This document shows, one piece after another, positions 20,045-27,837 of a stretch of 64,000 bases of DNA. Source of the stretch: Polyangiaceae bacterium (GTDB lineage: Bacteria; Myxococcota_A; Polyangia; Polyangiales; Polyangiaceae); contig JANXOF010000021.1 in assembly GCA_025353725.1 (NCBI GenBank), positions 20,945 through 84,944 on the forward strand, read 5' to 3'. Position 1 is the first letter of the stretch. Every line of letters begins with the position of its first letter. The notes beneath the pieces were generated by a model. The model did not search any database. It had not been told where the DNA came from and worked only from the letters and a program-made list of their open reading frames with translations. The position numbers and the translations under genes are program-made.

Positions 20045-21031
20045 CTACTTCGTAAACGCAAAAAACGCAGTGAACGCCACAGCCGCGACGGCGTTCATCG
20101 CTATACCTTCGAGCGCCGGTTGGTAAGCTAACGCGAGTCCGGAACGAAACCCCACGTCAGTTTTGAGGCTCGCACTCAAGCCTACGGAGCAAGACCTCTG
20201 CGCGCTCAACGTCGAGAGACGCCCGCCGTAACTCACGTCCGTCTCCGCGGCGAGGTCGACGAAGGCGCCGAAGGTAACGTCGCCCTCGAACACGATCCCC
20301 ATCACGCGCAGCAGGCCGCGAGGCCCGAGGGCGCGACGCAGGCCTACAGAATCGTCCGGCGCGCGCCATGCGCCTTCCATCACCGCTCCGAGCTGATAGC
20401 GCTGCGCAAACGTCTTTCGAACATCGATGGCCAGCGCGACTTCGGTCGTACCGAGACCCTGACTCGTCGCGGTCGAGCCTACCGTCCCCGCACTCGGTCC
20501 GGCGCCGACATCGCCCGAACGATCGACACCTCCCGTGGGAAGACGAACCGACAACGTAACGCCGAGCGACGGCCGGCGAGAGCCATGGGGAAGGTCGATT
20601 GCAGGCTCGACAAGCGCCTCCCAACGCACCCGCAGGCCGAGATCGCCGAGCGCAGCCCGATCACTGTGAAACGACGGTCCACCCACGGCTACGTGACCAA
20701 ACGCGGACGTGGCCTCTACCTCAAGAACCTCAAACGGTCGGTAAGAAAGCGCCCCCGCGACCTCCATCACGCGGTCGTAGCTCGAAGGCCCGAAGCCGCG
20801 ATAGCGACCTCCCGTGTCGAACACACCGTGCCCAAGTCGCATCGTTTGCGCGAGGGAGGCGCCCCAGGTCTGCCCGGGCGCGGTGAGCGCCGAGCCCGCA
20901 CCTCCTGGCCCACGGCACGAGCCGCACGCGCCCGCGGGTGACGCGGAAATGATCACGAAGCTTGACGCAGAAAGAGCGAGCGCCAGTCGGAGGTGCACAA
21001 GAATCGCGTACTCTGAATGGCGCTCGCGCAT
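20045..21031 (-). CDS. Putative outer-membrane beta-barrel (MetA-pathway/transporter-like) with mature N-terminal CxxC
   Basis: Signal peptide ending PAGA followed by CGSC; amphipathic strands (GDLGLRVRWE, LGVTLSVRLPTG); terminal aromatic FAFTK. Confidence 0.6.
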   Translation of the reverse strand: MRERHSEYAILVHLRLALALSASSFVIISASPAGACGSCRGPGGAGSALTAPGQTWGASLAQTMRLGHGVFDTGGRYRGFGPSSYDRVMEVAGALSYRPFEVLEVEATSAFGHVAVGGPSFHSDRAALGDLGLRVRWEALVEPAIDLPHGSRRPSLGVTLSVRLPTGGVDRSGDVGAGPSAGTVGSTATSQGLGTTEVALAIDVRKTFAQRYQLGAVMEGAWRAPDDSVGLRRALGPRGLLRVMGIVFEGDVTFGAFVDLAAETDVSYGGRLSTLSAQRSCSVGLSASLKTDVGFRSGLALAYQPALEGIAMNAVAAVAFTAFFAFTK

Positions 21032-21037
21032 AGGCCG

Positions 21038-21430
21038 TCAGGGAACATCGACAGCGAGGAGAGCCTCGTCCTCGCGGCCGTCGAGACGGAAGCGGAGACG
21101 CAGTTCCCAGCGGCCCGACATGTAAAGCACAAGGTGACTCACTCGGTAACCGCCCACGGCGCGTTCGACCGTAGGCGGCTTCGAGCCATGTCCGTGAGCC
21201 GGCATCAGCGCAGAAACATCGAGAAGTTCTGCCCCCGCGCTCGCAGGAAACGAGACAGCAAGCTCGTTTTGACCGAGCTGAATCGGATGCATCGTGCTCA
21301 CGGCCAAGCCGTTCAAGTCGCGGGACTGAACGCGAACAGATCCGTCTCGAAGCTCGGGCAAGCGCACCTCCTCGCTCGCGCTACAAGCCGCCACTATCGT
21401 GCATAGTGCAAAGATATCGAACCGGCGCAT
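21038..21430 (-). CDS. YtkA/FixH-like Ig-fold lipoprotein
   Basis: Lipobox VAAC; SALMPAHGHG and LYMSGRWELRL motifs characteristic of YtkA-like domains. Confidence 0.75.
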   Translation of the reverse strand: MRRFDIFALCTIVAACSASEEVRLPELRDGSVRVQSRDLNGLAVSTMHPIQLGQNELAVSFPASAGAELLDVSALMPAHGHGSKPPTVERAVGGYRVSHLVLYMSGRWELRLRFRLDGREDEALLAVDVP

Positions 21431-21433
21431 GCG

Positions 21434-21799
21434 CTACTCTTTCGACGCGTCAGCGCCGGCGTCGCGAGCGGCGTCCCCGTCGCTTCCGGCGTCCTGCGGG
21501 CTCGTCATGGCCCCAGCGTCCGCACACAACGCGAGGCATCGAACTTTTTGAGCGGCGCACGGCTCATCGCTTACCGAATCGTGACCGAGCTCATGGCATT
21601 CGTGGAGCTCGCCCTCCCCGACGTCGAATTCGTGGCATGCCTCGGTAATGGCATTACATGACGGGTACGCGCTGGTGTGTCCCCCGGCTTCGTCGGAAGG
21701 AATGCGTACCGTGGCGGGCGGCGTCGTGGTTTTCGTCGAACAGGCGTAAAGTGCAGCGGCGGCTACGAACGTCGCAGCGCCAAAAAAAAGGCTTTTCAT
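21434..21799 (-). CDS. His/Cys-rich putative metal-binding lipoprotein
   Basis: GGAG SD 8 nt before ATG 21799; lipobox LYAC; core CNAITEACHEFDVGEGELHECHELGHDSVSDEPCAAQKVRCLALC. Confidence 0.7.
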   Translation of the reverse strand: MKSLFFGAATFVAAAALYACSTKTTTPPATVRIPSDEAGGHTSAYPSCNAITEACHEFDVGEGELHECHELGHDSVSDEPCAAQKVRCLALCADAGAMTSPQDAGSDGDAARDAGADASKE

Positions 21800-21893
21800 G
21801 AGATAAAACTCCAGGAGTGGCAAGTGCGCGCTTCGCGCCACACTGCCGTCACATCAAAAGCTCGAACATCGCGAGCACATCGACCGATGTCGG

Positions 21894-21920
21894 ATGCGTC
21901 GTATGCGTCGTATGCGTCGA
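21894..21920. repeat. 9-bp tandem repeat (ATGCGTCGT x2 + ATGCGTCGA)
   Basis: Read directly in the 21800-21937 intergenic spacer. Confidence 0.9.
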
Positions 21921-21937
21921 GCTGTGGAAAGGCTCCG

Positions 21938-22426
21938 TTACGCCAGCGCGCGTGGTGGAGGCAACTCGGGCCTTGGAGACCACTGGCTTCGACACGAAGC
22001 GAGTCTCGGGCGCGGTAGCCATGTCCCATCGGGTGCGACGAGCACGAAGGTCGACGGGAGAATCGCGGGAAGCGTCACACCCGCGGAGCTCGGATCGTTC
22101 GTCCCGCAACGACCGATGACGGTCGGCGCTCCGAAGGTCTCGACATCGTTCATCTCGGGAAAACAGAGCGGACACGCACAGTGGGCGTGGCCACCGCGCG
22201 TCTCACACGTGCACGAGTGCGCCGACGGGCCCGCGACCCCTACGGCCCTGGCGTACGCCGGGAACGCCGACCCGAACGCGAGCAGGAACGACAGCACGGC
22301 GACGAGGGTACTCAAAGCAAGCGCGGCAGTTCTCGACCGGGGACGCGGGGGGGTACGCCGACCTGCCTGAACCTGCGACCGGGTTGCCCGTCGCCTCTCT
22401 CGCGTATGTCGCGAACCGCTGACCAC
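21938..22426 (-). CDS. Exported Cys/His-rich leader-like protein (DUF2946/CruR/CutF-like architecture)
   Basis: Sec-type signal (…SAFPAYA), HSCTCETRGGHAHCACPLC metal motif, C-terminal SPRPELPPPR; first gene of the operon. Start uncertain. Confidence 0.6.
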   Translation of the reverse strand: MVSGSRHTRERRRATRSQVQAGRRTPPRPRSRTAALALSTLVAVLSFLLAFGSAFPAYARAVGVAGPSAHSCTCETRGGHAHCACPLCFPEMNDVETFGAPTVIGRCGTNDPSSAGVTLPAILPSTFVLVAPDGTWLPRPRLASCRSQWSPRPELPPPRALA

Positions 22427-22491
22427 GTTGGAAGACTAGCAGCTTTCTCCCTCCCTGCGCGGTCGCGTCGCGTGTTATCGAGTCGCCCGTC

Positions 22492-23166
22492 GTGGGTCGT
22501 CCGTCTCCACTGCGTTCGTACGAGAGCCTGTGTCGTGACGTCGCGAATCGCTACAGCTCTCGACCCGCGCACTTCTACGTCCGTGCGAAGCTCTGGGTCG
22601 ATCCCGTTTCACGAACCCTCCATGAACTTGGCGAGCGCGAGTCCTACGACCGCGTGCTCGACGTTGGGTGCGGCCGGGGCCAAGTAAGTCTCATGCTCAG
22701 GGTCGCCGGCCTCGCGTCGAGCGTTCGCGGCGTCGATTGGGACGACGCCAAAATACGCCACGCGAAGGCGGCCGCCGTCGGCCTCGACCAGAGTGAGTTC
22801 GAACACGGGGACGTCCGCGACCGTGCGCTTCCGGCTGCCGACACCGTCCTGCTCGTCGATATTCTGCACTACTTGGGACGCGACGAGCAACACGCGCTGC
22901 TTCGCCGTGCAGCTCGCGCAGCCCGCAGCCGCATTCTCTTGCGCGACGTCGACCCCGAGCGCGGCGCCTCGAGTGCCTTCACCACGAGCTGGGAGCGACT
23001 GACGACGAAACTTGGCTATAACCAAGGCGAATGCGTGTCGCCGCAGCCATGCGACGAACTTGAACGTATACTCGACGCGGAAGGATTCGCCGTCACTCGG
23101 CAGCCGTGCGCGGCCTTCGGGCTATCCAACGCTCTCCTCGTCGCCCGTCGCGTCTCCCGAGGGTAG
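22492..23166 (+). CDS. Class I SAM-dependent methyltransferase
   Basis: VLDVGCGRG motif I, GVDWD, HGDVRD, DTVLLVDILHYL. Confidence 0.85.
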   Translation: MGRPSPLRSYESLCRDVANRYSSRPAHFYVRAKLWVDPVSRTLHELGERESYDRVLDVGCGRGQVSLMLRVAGLASSVRGVDWDDAKIRHAKAAAVGLDQSEFEHGDVRDRALPAADTVLLVDILHYLGRDEQHALLRRAARAARSRILLRDVDPERGASSAFTTSWERLTTKLGYNQGECVSPQPCDELERILDAEGFAVTRQPCAAFGLSNALLVARRVSRG

Positions 23167-24003
23167 CGCCTCCGCGTTCGCCTCCGCACGCGCGCCGAGA
23201 AGTACGCCTCGGTCGCCTAAATCGGAGAGAAGAGTCGCGGCGCCGCGAAGGACCAAATCATCGAGCGGGCATGCGGCTCGCGCGCACGCCGGCGCCATCG
23301 CCTCCGCCAGCGAGCGACCTTCGAGAAGCAGCTCGAGAAGAATCGATGCCAACGGCGTCAAGTCGAGGAAACGCGTGCAATGTGCACTGTCGCGATAGAC
23401 GAGCAAGTCTACCGCCCGCACTTCGGGCACGGCGGTGATGTCGCCGGCCTCGAGTTCGTGCACGGCCCACGCAAGATGCACGAGCACGTGCGGGTCCGCG
23501 AAAACCAAGCTCCGATCGGAGGTAACGTCGGCCAGTGAAGGAGGCGGCGCGGGCCGTGGCGCGGCTCCCATGGTGAAGTCGACGAGCTCGAACTCTGCGT
23601 AGTCCGCAAGCCACGCCGGAATCAAAGGATCGCGCCGCCACCCCGGCGCGCACCAACGGAGGAACTCACTCGGAACGTCGCGCAGGTGTGGCGTCCGTGG
23701 CCCCTTTTCGGCAAGAAACGCGTCGACAGAACGGTCAAACGCGCCGGGGGCATGCGCCTCGAGCCGCGCGCGCGTTCGCTCGAGCATCGCCCCGACCACG
23801 CTCACGATGTTGTGGCGCACGAGCTGCCTGTAGAGGCCCAGCCGTCGGGGCGCCGCAAGGATAGCGGCGGCGTCGTCCTCGGCCACGCGATGATGCGCGA
23901 GGTACGCGCCGAGATCTCCCGCGAGAGCCGCATCCGAGTGGCCGAAACAGGCGTCGGCCAAGAGCGCGTGCAGGCAACCCACGTCCGAAGCGAGACGCGT
24001 CAT
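23122..24003 (-). CDS. DUF2063-family MNIO partner protein (HvfC/BufC-like)
   Basis: ATGA-coupled to DUF692 gene; RRLGLYRQLVRHN, FLRW, WLADYAEFE, LLVYR motifs typical of DUF2063 partners. Confidence 0.8.
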   Translation of the reverse strand: MTRLASDVGCLHALLADACFGHSDAALAGDLGAYLAHHRVAEDDAAAILAAPRRLGLYRQLVRHNIVSVVGAMLERTRARLEAHAPGAFDRSVDAFLAEKGPRTPHLRDVPSEFLRWCAPGWRRDPLIPAWLADYAEFELVDFTMGAAPRPAPPPSLADVTSDRSLVFADPHVLVHLAWAVHELEAGDITAVPEVRAVDLLVYRDSAHCTRFLDLTPLASILLELLLEGRSLAEAMAPACARAACPLDDLVLRGAATLLSDLGDRGVLLGARAEANAEALPSGDATGDEESVG

Positions 24004-24941
24004 CGCGCGTACCTTGTCGCGTGCTCCGCGTCTGCGGTCGCACGCTCCGCGTCTGCGGTCGCACGCTCCCAAAGCGCCTTAATCGTAGCGACTTCGCGAA
24101 GGAGCGCGTCGAGTGGCGGAATCGCCTGGTCACGTTCGAGCAACACCGGGACCGGGCCGGTCACGCGGAGCGCGCGCTCGAGCAGCGAGAGCACGCCCTC
24201 GCAACAGTCGGACCCGTGCGTATCGACAATAAGCACGCCATCTCTCAGCGCGTCCGCGTGGGAGTAGGGCGTCGACGAAGGCGCGGGGCAAACCTTCCAG
24301 TCCGCTTCGGTAAACCAATCGTGCCCGGCCACGTGCATCTGCACGACGCGGTCGAGCGGAGCCGTGCGCAACCACTCATCGACGTCAAATCCGAAGTTTA
24401 CCGCATTCACGTACGCATTATTGATATCGAGCATGAGTCCGCAATCGGCTGCCTCGCACACGCGCGCGAGAAACTCGGCCTCACCCATCTCGCTCTTACC
24501 GGGATGCATGTAGAAGCTCACGTTCTCGATCGCGAGCGGCTTACCAATCGCGTCTTGTGCGCGCTGAATTCGCTCGGCGATACGTGTAACCTCAGACGTT
24601 TTGAACGGAATCGGTAATAGATCGTGCAAAACGACGCCGCCGAACGTGCTGAAACAGAGATGGTCGGAATGCCACGGGCTCTTCACGCGATCGAGAAACG
24701 ATGAGAGCTCGGTCAAGTAGTCCTCGCGAAGCGGGTCGACGCCACCGAGACTCATGGTCAGTCCGTGAGTGACCACGGGCCAGAGTGCCACCGTCCGCTC
24801 GAGCGCCTCATCGTAGTAGCCACCCCGCCCCATGTAGTTTTCAGGCGACACTTCGACGAAATCGAGCGCCGGCTGCGTCGCGAGCAGCTCGTCGATAAAG
24901 TCCCACCGCACTCCGAGTCCTACGCCGGAGAGACCCGTCAT
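24000..24941 (-). CDS. DUF692-family multinuclear non-heme iron oxidative enzyme (MNIO; MbnB/TglH/HvfB/BufB family)
   Basis: GVGLGVR, FVEVSPENY, HGLTMSLGG, WHSDHLC, HDLLP, AIENVS, LDINNAYVN, QMHVAGH, VDTHG, LLERD iron-ligand motifs. Confidence 0.95.
   Translation of the reverse strand: MTGLSGVGLGVRWDFIDELLATQPALDFVEVSPENYMGRGGYYDEALERTVALWPVVTHGLTMSLGGVDPLREDYLTELSSFLDRVKSPWHSDHLCFSTFGGVVLHDLLPIPFKTSEVTRIAERIQRAQDAIGKPLAIENVSFYMHPGKSEMGEAEFLARVCEAADCGLMLDINNAYVNAVNFGFDVDEWLRTAPLDRVVQMHVAGHDWFTEADWKVCPAPSSTPYSHADALRDGVLIVDTHGSDCCEGVLSLLERALRVTGPVPVLLERDQAIPPLDALLREVATIKALWERATADAERATADAEHATRYAR
24016..24069. repeat. 21-bp tandem repeat (~2.5 copies) at the 3' end of the MNIO gene
   Basis: GTCGC(GT/AC)GCTCCGCGTCTGCG repeated; encodes ERATADA ERATADA EHAT. 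Confidence 0.85.
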
Positions 24942-25039
24942 GCGAAACCCGCCACGCGAGTGAGCGGCTGACACACCGCGACGTTCATCCTGGTTTTATT
25001 CGTCATCATCGCTATCAGGCGAACAGTATAGAACGAACA

Positions 25040-25071
25040 AAGGCCAGGCCCCGTGAAGAAGACCTGGCCTT
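25040..25071 (-). terminator. Putative intrinsic terminator/attenuator between precursor and MNIO genes
   Basis: Perfect 9-bp inverted repeat AAGGCCAGG (25040-48) / CCTGGCCTT (25063-71), 14-nt loop; on the minus strand followed by U-rich UUUGUUCGUUCU. Confidence 0.5.
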
Positions 25072-25139
25072 ATACGTTCCATGGAAGGCTGAGACTCGCT
25101 TTACGAGCTAGACCTCACGCGGCGTTCGTCGAAAACGAA

Positions 25140-25562
25140 CTACTTCTTCGCGCTGCAGGTCCCGGCTCCACAGCTACCCGAACCACCTTTTTTCGCGGGC
25201 GTCGCGGGGGTTGCAGGCGTCGCGGGCTTCTTCGCTGCGGCGGCAGCCGCGGCGGGTGTCGGGGTTGCGGCGACCGCTGACTTCACGTCCGCGGCTTTCG
25301 TGTCGACCGTCGTCGGCACTGGGGTCGAGGCCGTAGACGGCGTTGACGTCGCAGGCTCAACCGCCTTCGCGGCCTTGTCAGCGGAGCACGCAGCTTCACC
25401 CGCCTTGTGCGTGGCGTCTGAAGCCTTTTCGGTGGCGCCGGAAACCTCGTTCGCGTTGACGGGGGTTTTGGGCTCTTCACCGCCGCAGGCGGCCATGATG
25501 ACACCGGTACCGAGAACGGCGAGCGCCGCGGCGATTTTCTCAAAAGATAGATTCGGACGCAT
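25140..25562 (-). CDS. Lipoprotein precursor for MNIO modification (oxazolin/bufferin-like)
   Basis: AAGGAG SD 8 nt before ATG 25562; lipobox MAAC (Cys26); GEAACS motif, long Ala/Pro/Thr/Lys linker, C-terminal GGSGSCGAGTCSAKK; immediately upstream of DUF692-DUF2063. Confidence 0.8.
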   Translation of the reverse strand: MRPNLSFEKIAAALAVLGTGVIMAACGGEEPKTPVNANEVSGATEKASDATHKAGEAACSADKAAKAVEPATSTPSTASTPVPTTVDTKAADVKSAVAATPTPAAAAAAAKKPATPATPATPAKKGGSGSCGAGTCSAKK

Positions 25563-25823
25563 CCCTATCACTCCTTGCTAATGACGATTGGGCGCAACTT
25601 GAATCACGCCGTTTGCTCTGCGAGTCGGTTGCCCGCTCGGCGACTAGAACCGTATCACGCGTATCACGTCCACGAACGCAATCAACACTGAGCTTCGCGC
25701 GCACTGTACGGACGATTAAACGCCCCTTTCCGTACGCGCGCCTACGGCGTCGCCTTACCATTGTCCGCCGACTTCGTAGCTTCGGAGCGGTCTACGCGGC
25801 GGCGTGAGGACAAGTTTCGGCGT

Positions 25824-27095
25824 TCAACTCTTTTCTTGTTCGAGGCTCTCCCGATTTCGAAGACTCCGCGCTTTTGTGCTTCGAATACGCGCCGCGAGCG
25901 CGGGCGGCGCGAGTAAGGTCGTCGCAAAAACCGCCGCGACGAGTGCAGAGTACACTCCGGGAGAAAGCAGCGGTATGCCCCCCGGTGCGATGCGCGTTCC
26001 GACATCCGCAAAGATAAGCCCCACTTCCCCACGCGGGACCATTCCAAAACCAACAGTAAGCCTGTCCAGGTTCTTGCCTCGGGCACCGAAACCGGCGGCG
26101 ACTTTACCGCCAATGGCCGTCGCGACCAGTGCGCTCGCCAAGGCAAGTGTTCCGCCGTCGAGGCCACTCAGCTTTACGCTCATCCCCGTGCGCACGAAAA
26201 AGACGGGAGCGAAAACGGCCGCGATGGGAGCGACGAAGGCTTCCACGTGTTGGACGCCCGTAGCGTCTTTGTCGTTGAACGGGGCCACGCTTACGTCGTC
26301 GAGCAAAAGACCGGCGGCGTAGGCTCCCACGATCGCGGCAAGGCCTGACGCCGCACTCGCTCCAGCCACGAGGAGGCAGGCGGCCACGGACAACGCACCG
26401 AGCACGTAGGGCGTGCGAAGCGACGACGCGAGACGGTAGACGCGACCGAATAAAAGCGTACCGAACGCTATAGCCCCGACCACGAAGGCCAAGGCCGTTC
26501 CCGTAATGCGCGCGAGTGTCGCGGGGGCCGGCATTCCGCCGCCGGTCATGGCAATAGCGGAGACAATAGCAAGAACAAGCAGCCCGAGAATGTCATCGAT
26601 GACCGCGGCGCCGAGGATCATCTTCGCTTCCTCGCTGCCGAGCGCGCCGACGTCCTTCAACACACTCGCGGTAATGCCGACGCTCGTGGCGCACATCGTG
26701 GCACCGACGAAGAGATGAACGGCAGGCGTCGCGTGAGGAAGGAGCCACGTGCTTGCGCCGAAGCCAAGAGCACTCGGAAGGATCACGCCGAGCGAGGCCA
26801 CCCCACCCGCACGCACGGCGATCTTCGCCATCTCGCGAAGACTCGATTCGAGTCCGACCTGGAAGAGCAAGAGCATGACTCCGAGCTCGGCCGCGAACGT
26901 CAGCTCCGGCCCTTTCGCAAGTCTCGCAAGACCCTCAAAAGGAAGGTTTCCGAGGAGCACGCCCACGGCGAGCTCGCCGAGCACGGAGGGCTGCCGGAGT
27001 CGCCGTGCGGCTTCCCCGCCGAGCTTCGCGGCGAGGATAAGCAACGCAAGGGCGAACCACGTGTGCGCTGCGACCCCGTGCTCCACGCGTGGCAA
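25824..27095 (-). CDS. Cation:proton antiporter (CPA2/Na+/H+ exchanger family)
   Basis: About 12 TM helices; PSVLGEL, LLFQVGLE, ATSVGIT, AAVIDDILG, PVFFV, GMVPRGEVG motifs. Confidence 0.9.
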   Translation of the reverse strand: MPRVEHGVAAHTWFALALLILAAKLGGEAARRLRQPSVLGELAVGVLLGNLPFEGLARLAKGPELTFAAELGVMLLLFQVGLESSLREMAKIAVRAGGVASLGVILPSALGFGASTWLLPHATPAVHLFVGATMCATSVGITASVLKDVGALGSEEAKMILGAAVIDDILGLLVLAIVSAIAMTGGGMPAPATLARITGTALAFVVGAIAFGTLLFGRVYRLASSLRTPYVLGALSVAACLLVAGASAASGLAAIVGAYAAGLLLDDVSVAPFNDKDATGVQHVEAFVAPIAAVFAPVFFVRTGMSVKLSGLDGGTLALASALVATAIGGKVAAGFGARGKNLDRLTVGFGMVPRGEVGLIFADVGTRIAPGGIPLLSPGVYSALVAAVFATTLLAPPALAARIRSTKARSLRNRESLEQEKS

Positions 27096-27291
27096 ACTAC
27101 ACGAGTGGCGACTCCGGCGCGATGCGCAGTGGATGGCCGACCGAAGCCGACTGCGGACGTGCTCGGAGGCGTCGTCACCTCGAGCGAACAGCGACTACCT
27201 CCACGACGACTCCCAACGCGCTCTCGCGTGACGCGAACACACGGCGCCAATTCCCGTACGTGGCAATGGCTGTCCGTACCCGTACGGACGC

Positions 27292-27828
27292 CTATTTGCC
27301 CGATGCCGCAAGCGCTCGAAGTCGCGCCGTGTCGTACGGTACTTGGGTGAGCGGGCTGCCGCGCCACTCACTGCGCGGAGTGTCGAAGAAGGCGCCGCCG
27401 TACACGTGCAACGCGCCGAGCGGTTCGTCGCCCCCGCTCGCAATCGCGTGAATCACGTCTCGGTCGTGCACGGCAACCTGGCCGGTTCCCACCCGACGAC
27501 GCTCCGTTTCGCAGAGGCCATCGTCACATAGTGCATAGTACACATTTTCTTCGACGCCCGAATAGACGCCGACCGCCGACACCATCGCGTGGTCGTGTGG
27601 TGGGAATGTAAAGCCGCCCGGGGTCACAAACTGCACAACGGTAAGGTGCGGCCCCTCATGAAGGACGGACACGCGCAGACCACGGCCGACAGGCAGTGCA
27701 GAGAGCAGGGCGACTCGATTTTCAAGGACGTCACTCATTGCCGCGTGGAGGGCCGTGAGCGGGTTTGGGTCATCGAGTGCGGCGCGGCATTGCTCGACGA
27801 AGCGATCCGCTTCAAAGTAACCCCCCAT
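27292..27828 (-). CDS. Cysteine dioxygenase-like cupin metalloprotein
   Basis: PPHDH...GVYSGVEEN and VIHAI...ALHVYGG cupin His motifs. Confidence 0.75.
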   Translation of the reverse strand: MGGYFEADRFVEQCRAALDDPNPLTALHAAMSDVLENRVALLSALPVGRGLRVSVLHEGPHLTVVQFVTPGGFTFPPHDHAMVSAVGVYSGVEENVYYALCDDGLCETERRRVGTGQVAVHDRDVIHAIASGGDEPLGALHVYGGAFFDTPRSEWRGSPLTQVPYDTARLRALAASGK

Positions 27829-27837
27829 CGCAGCTCC

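Noticed and set aside
21849-22175. 108-aa ORF with His-rich THTTHTTH
   Set aside because: The His run arises from the 9-bp tandem repeat; the ORF overlaps the better-supported leader in another frame.
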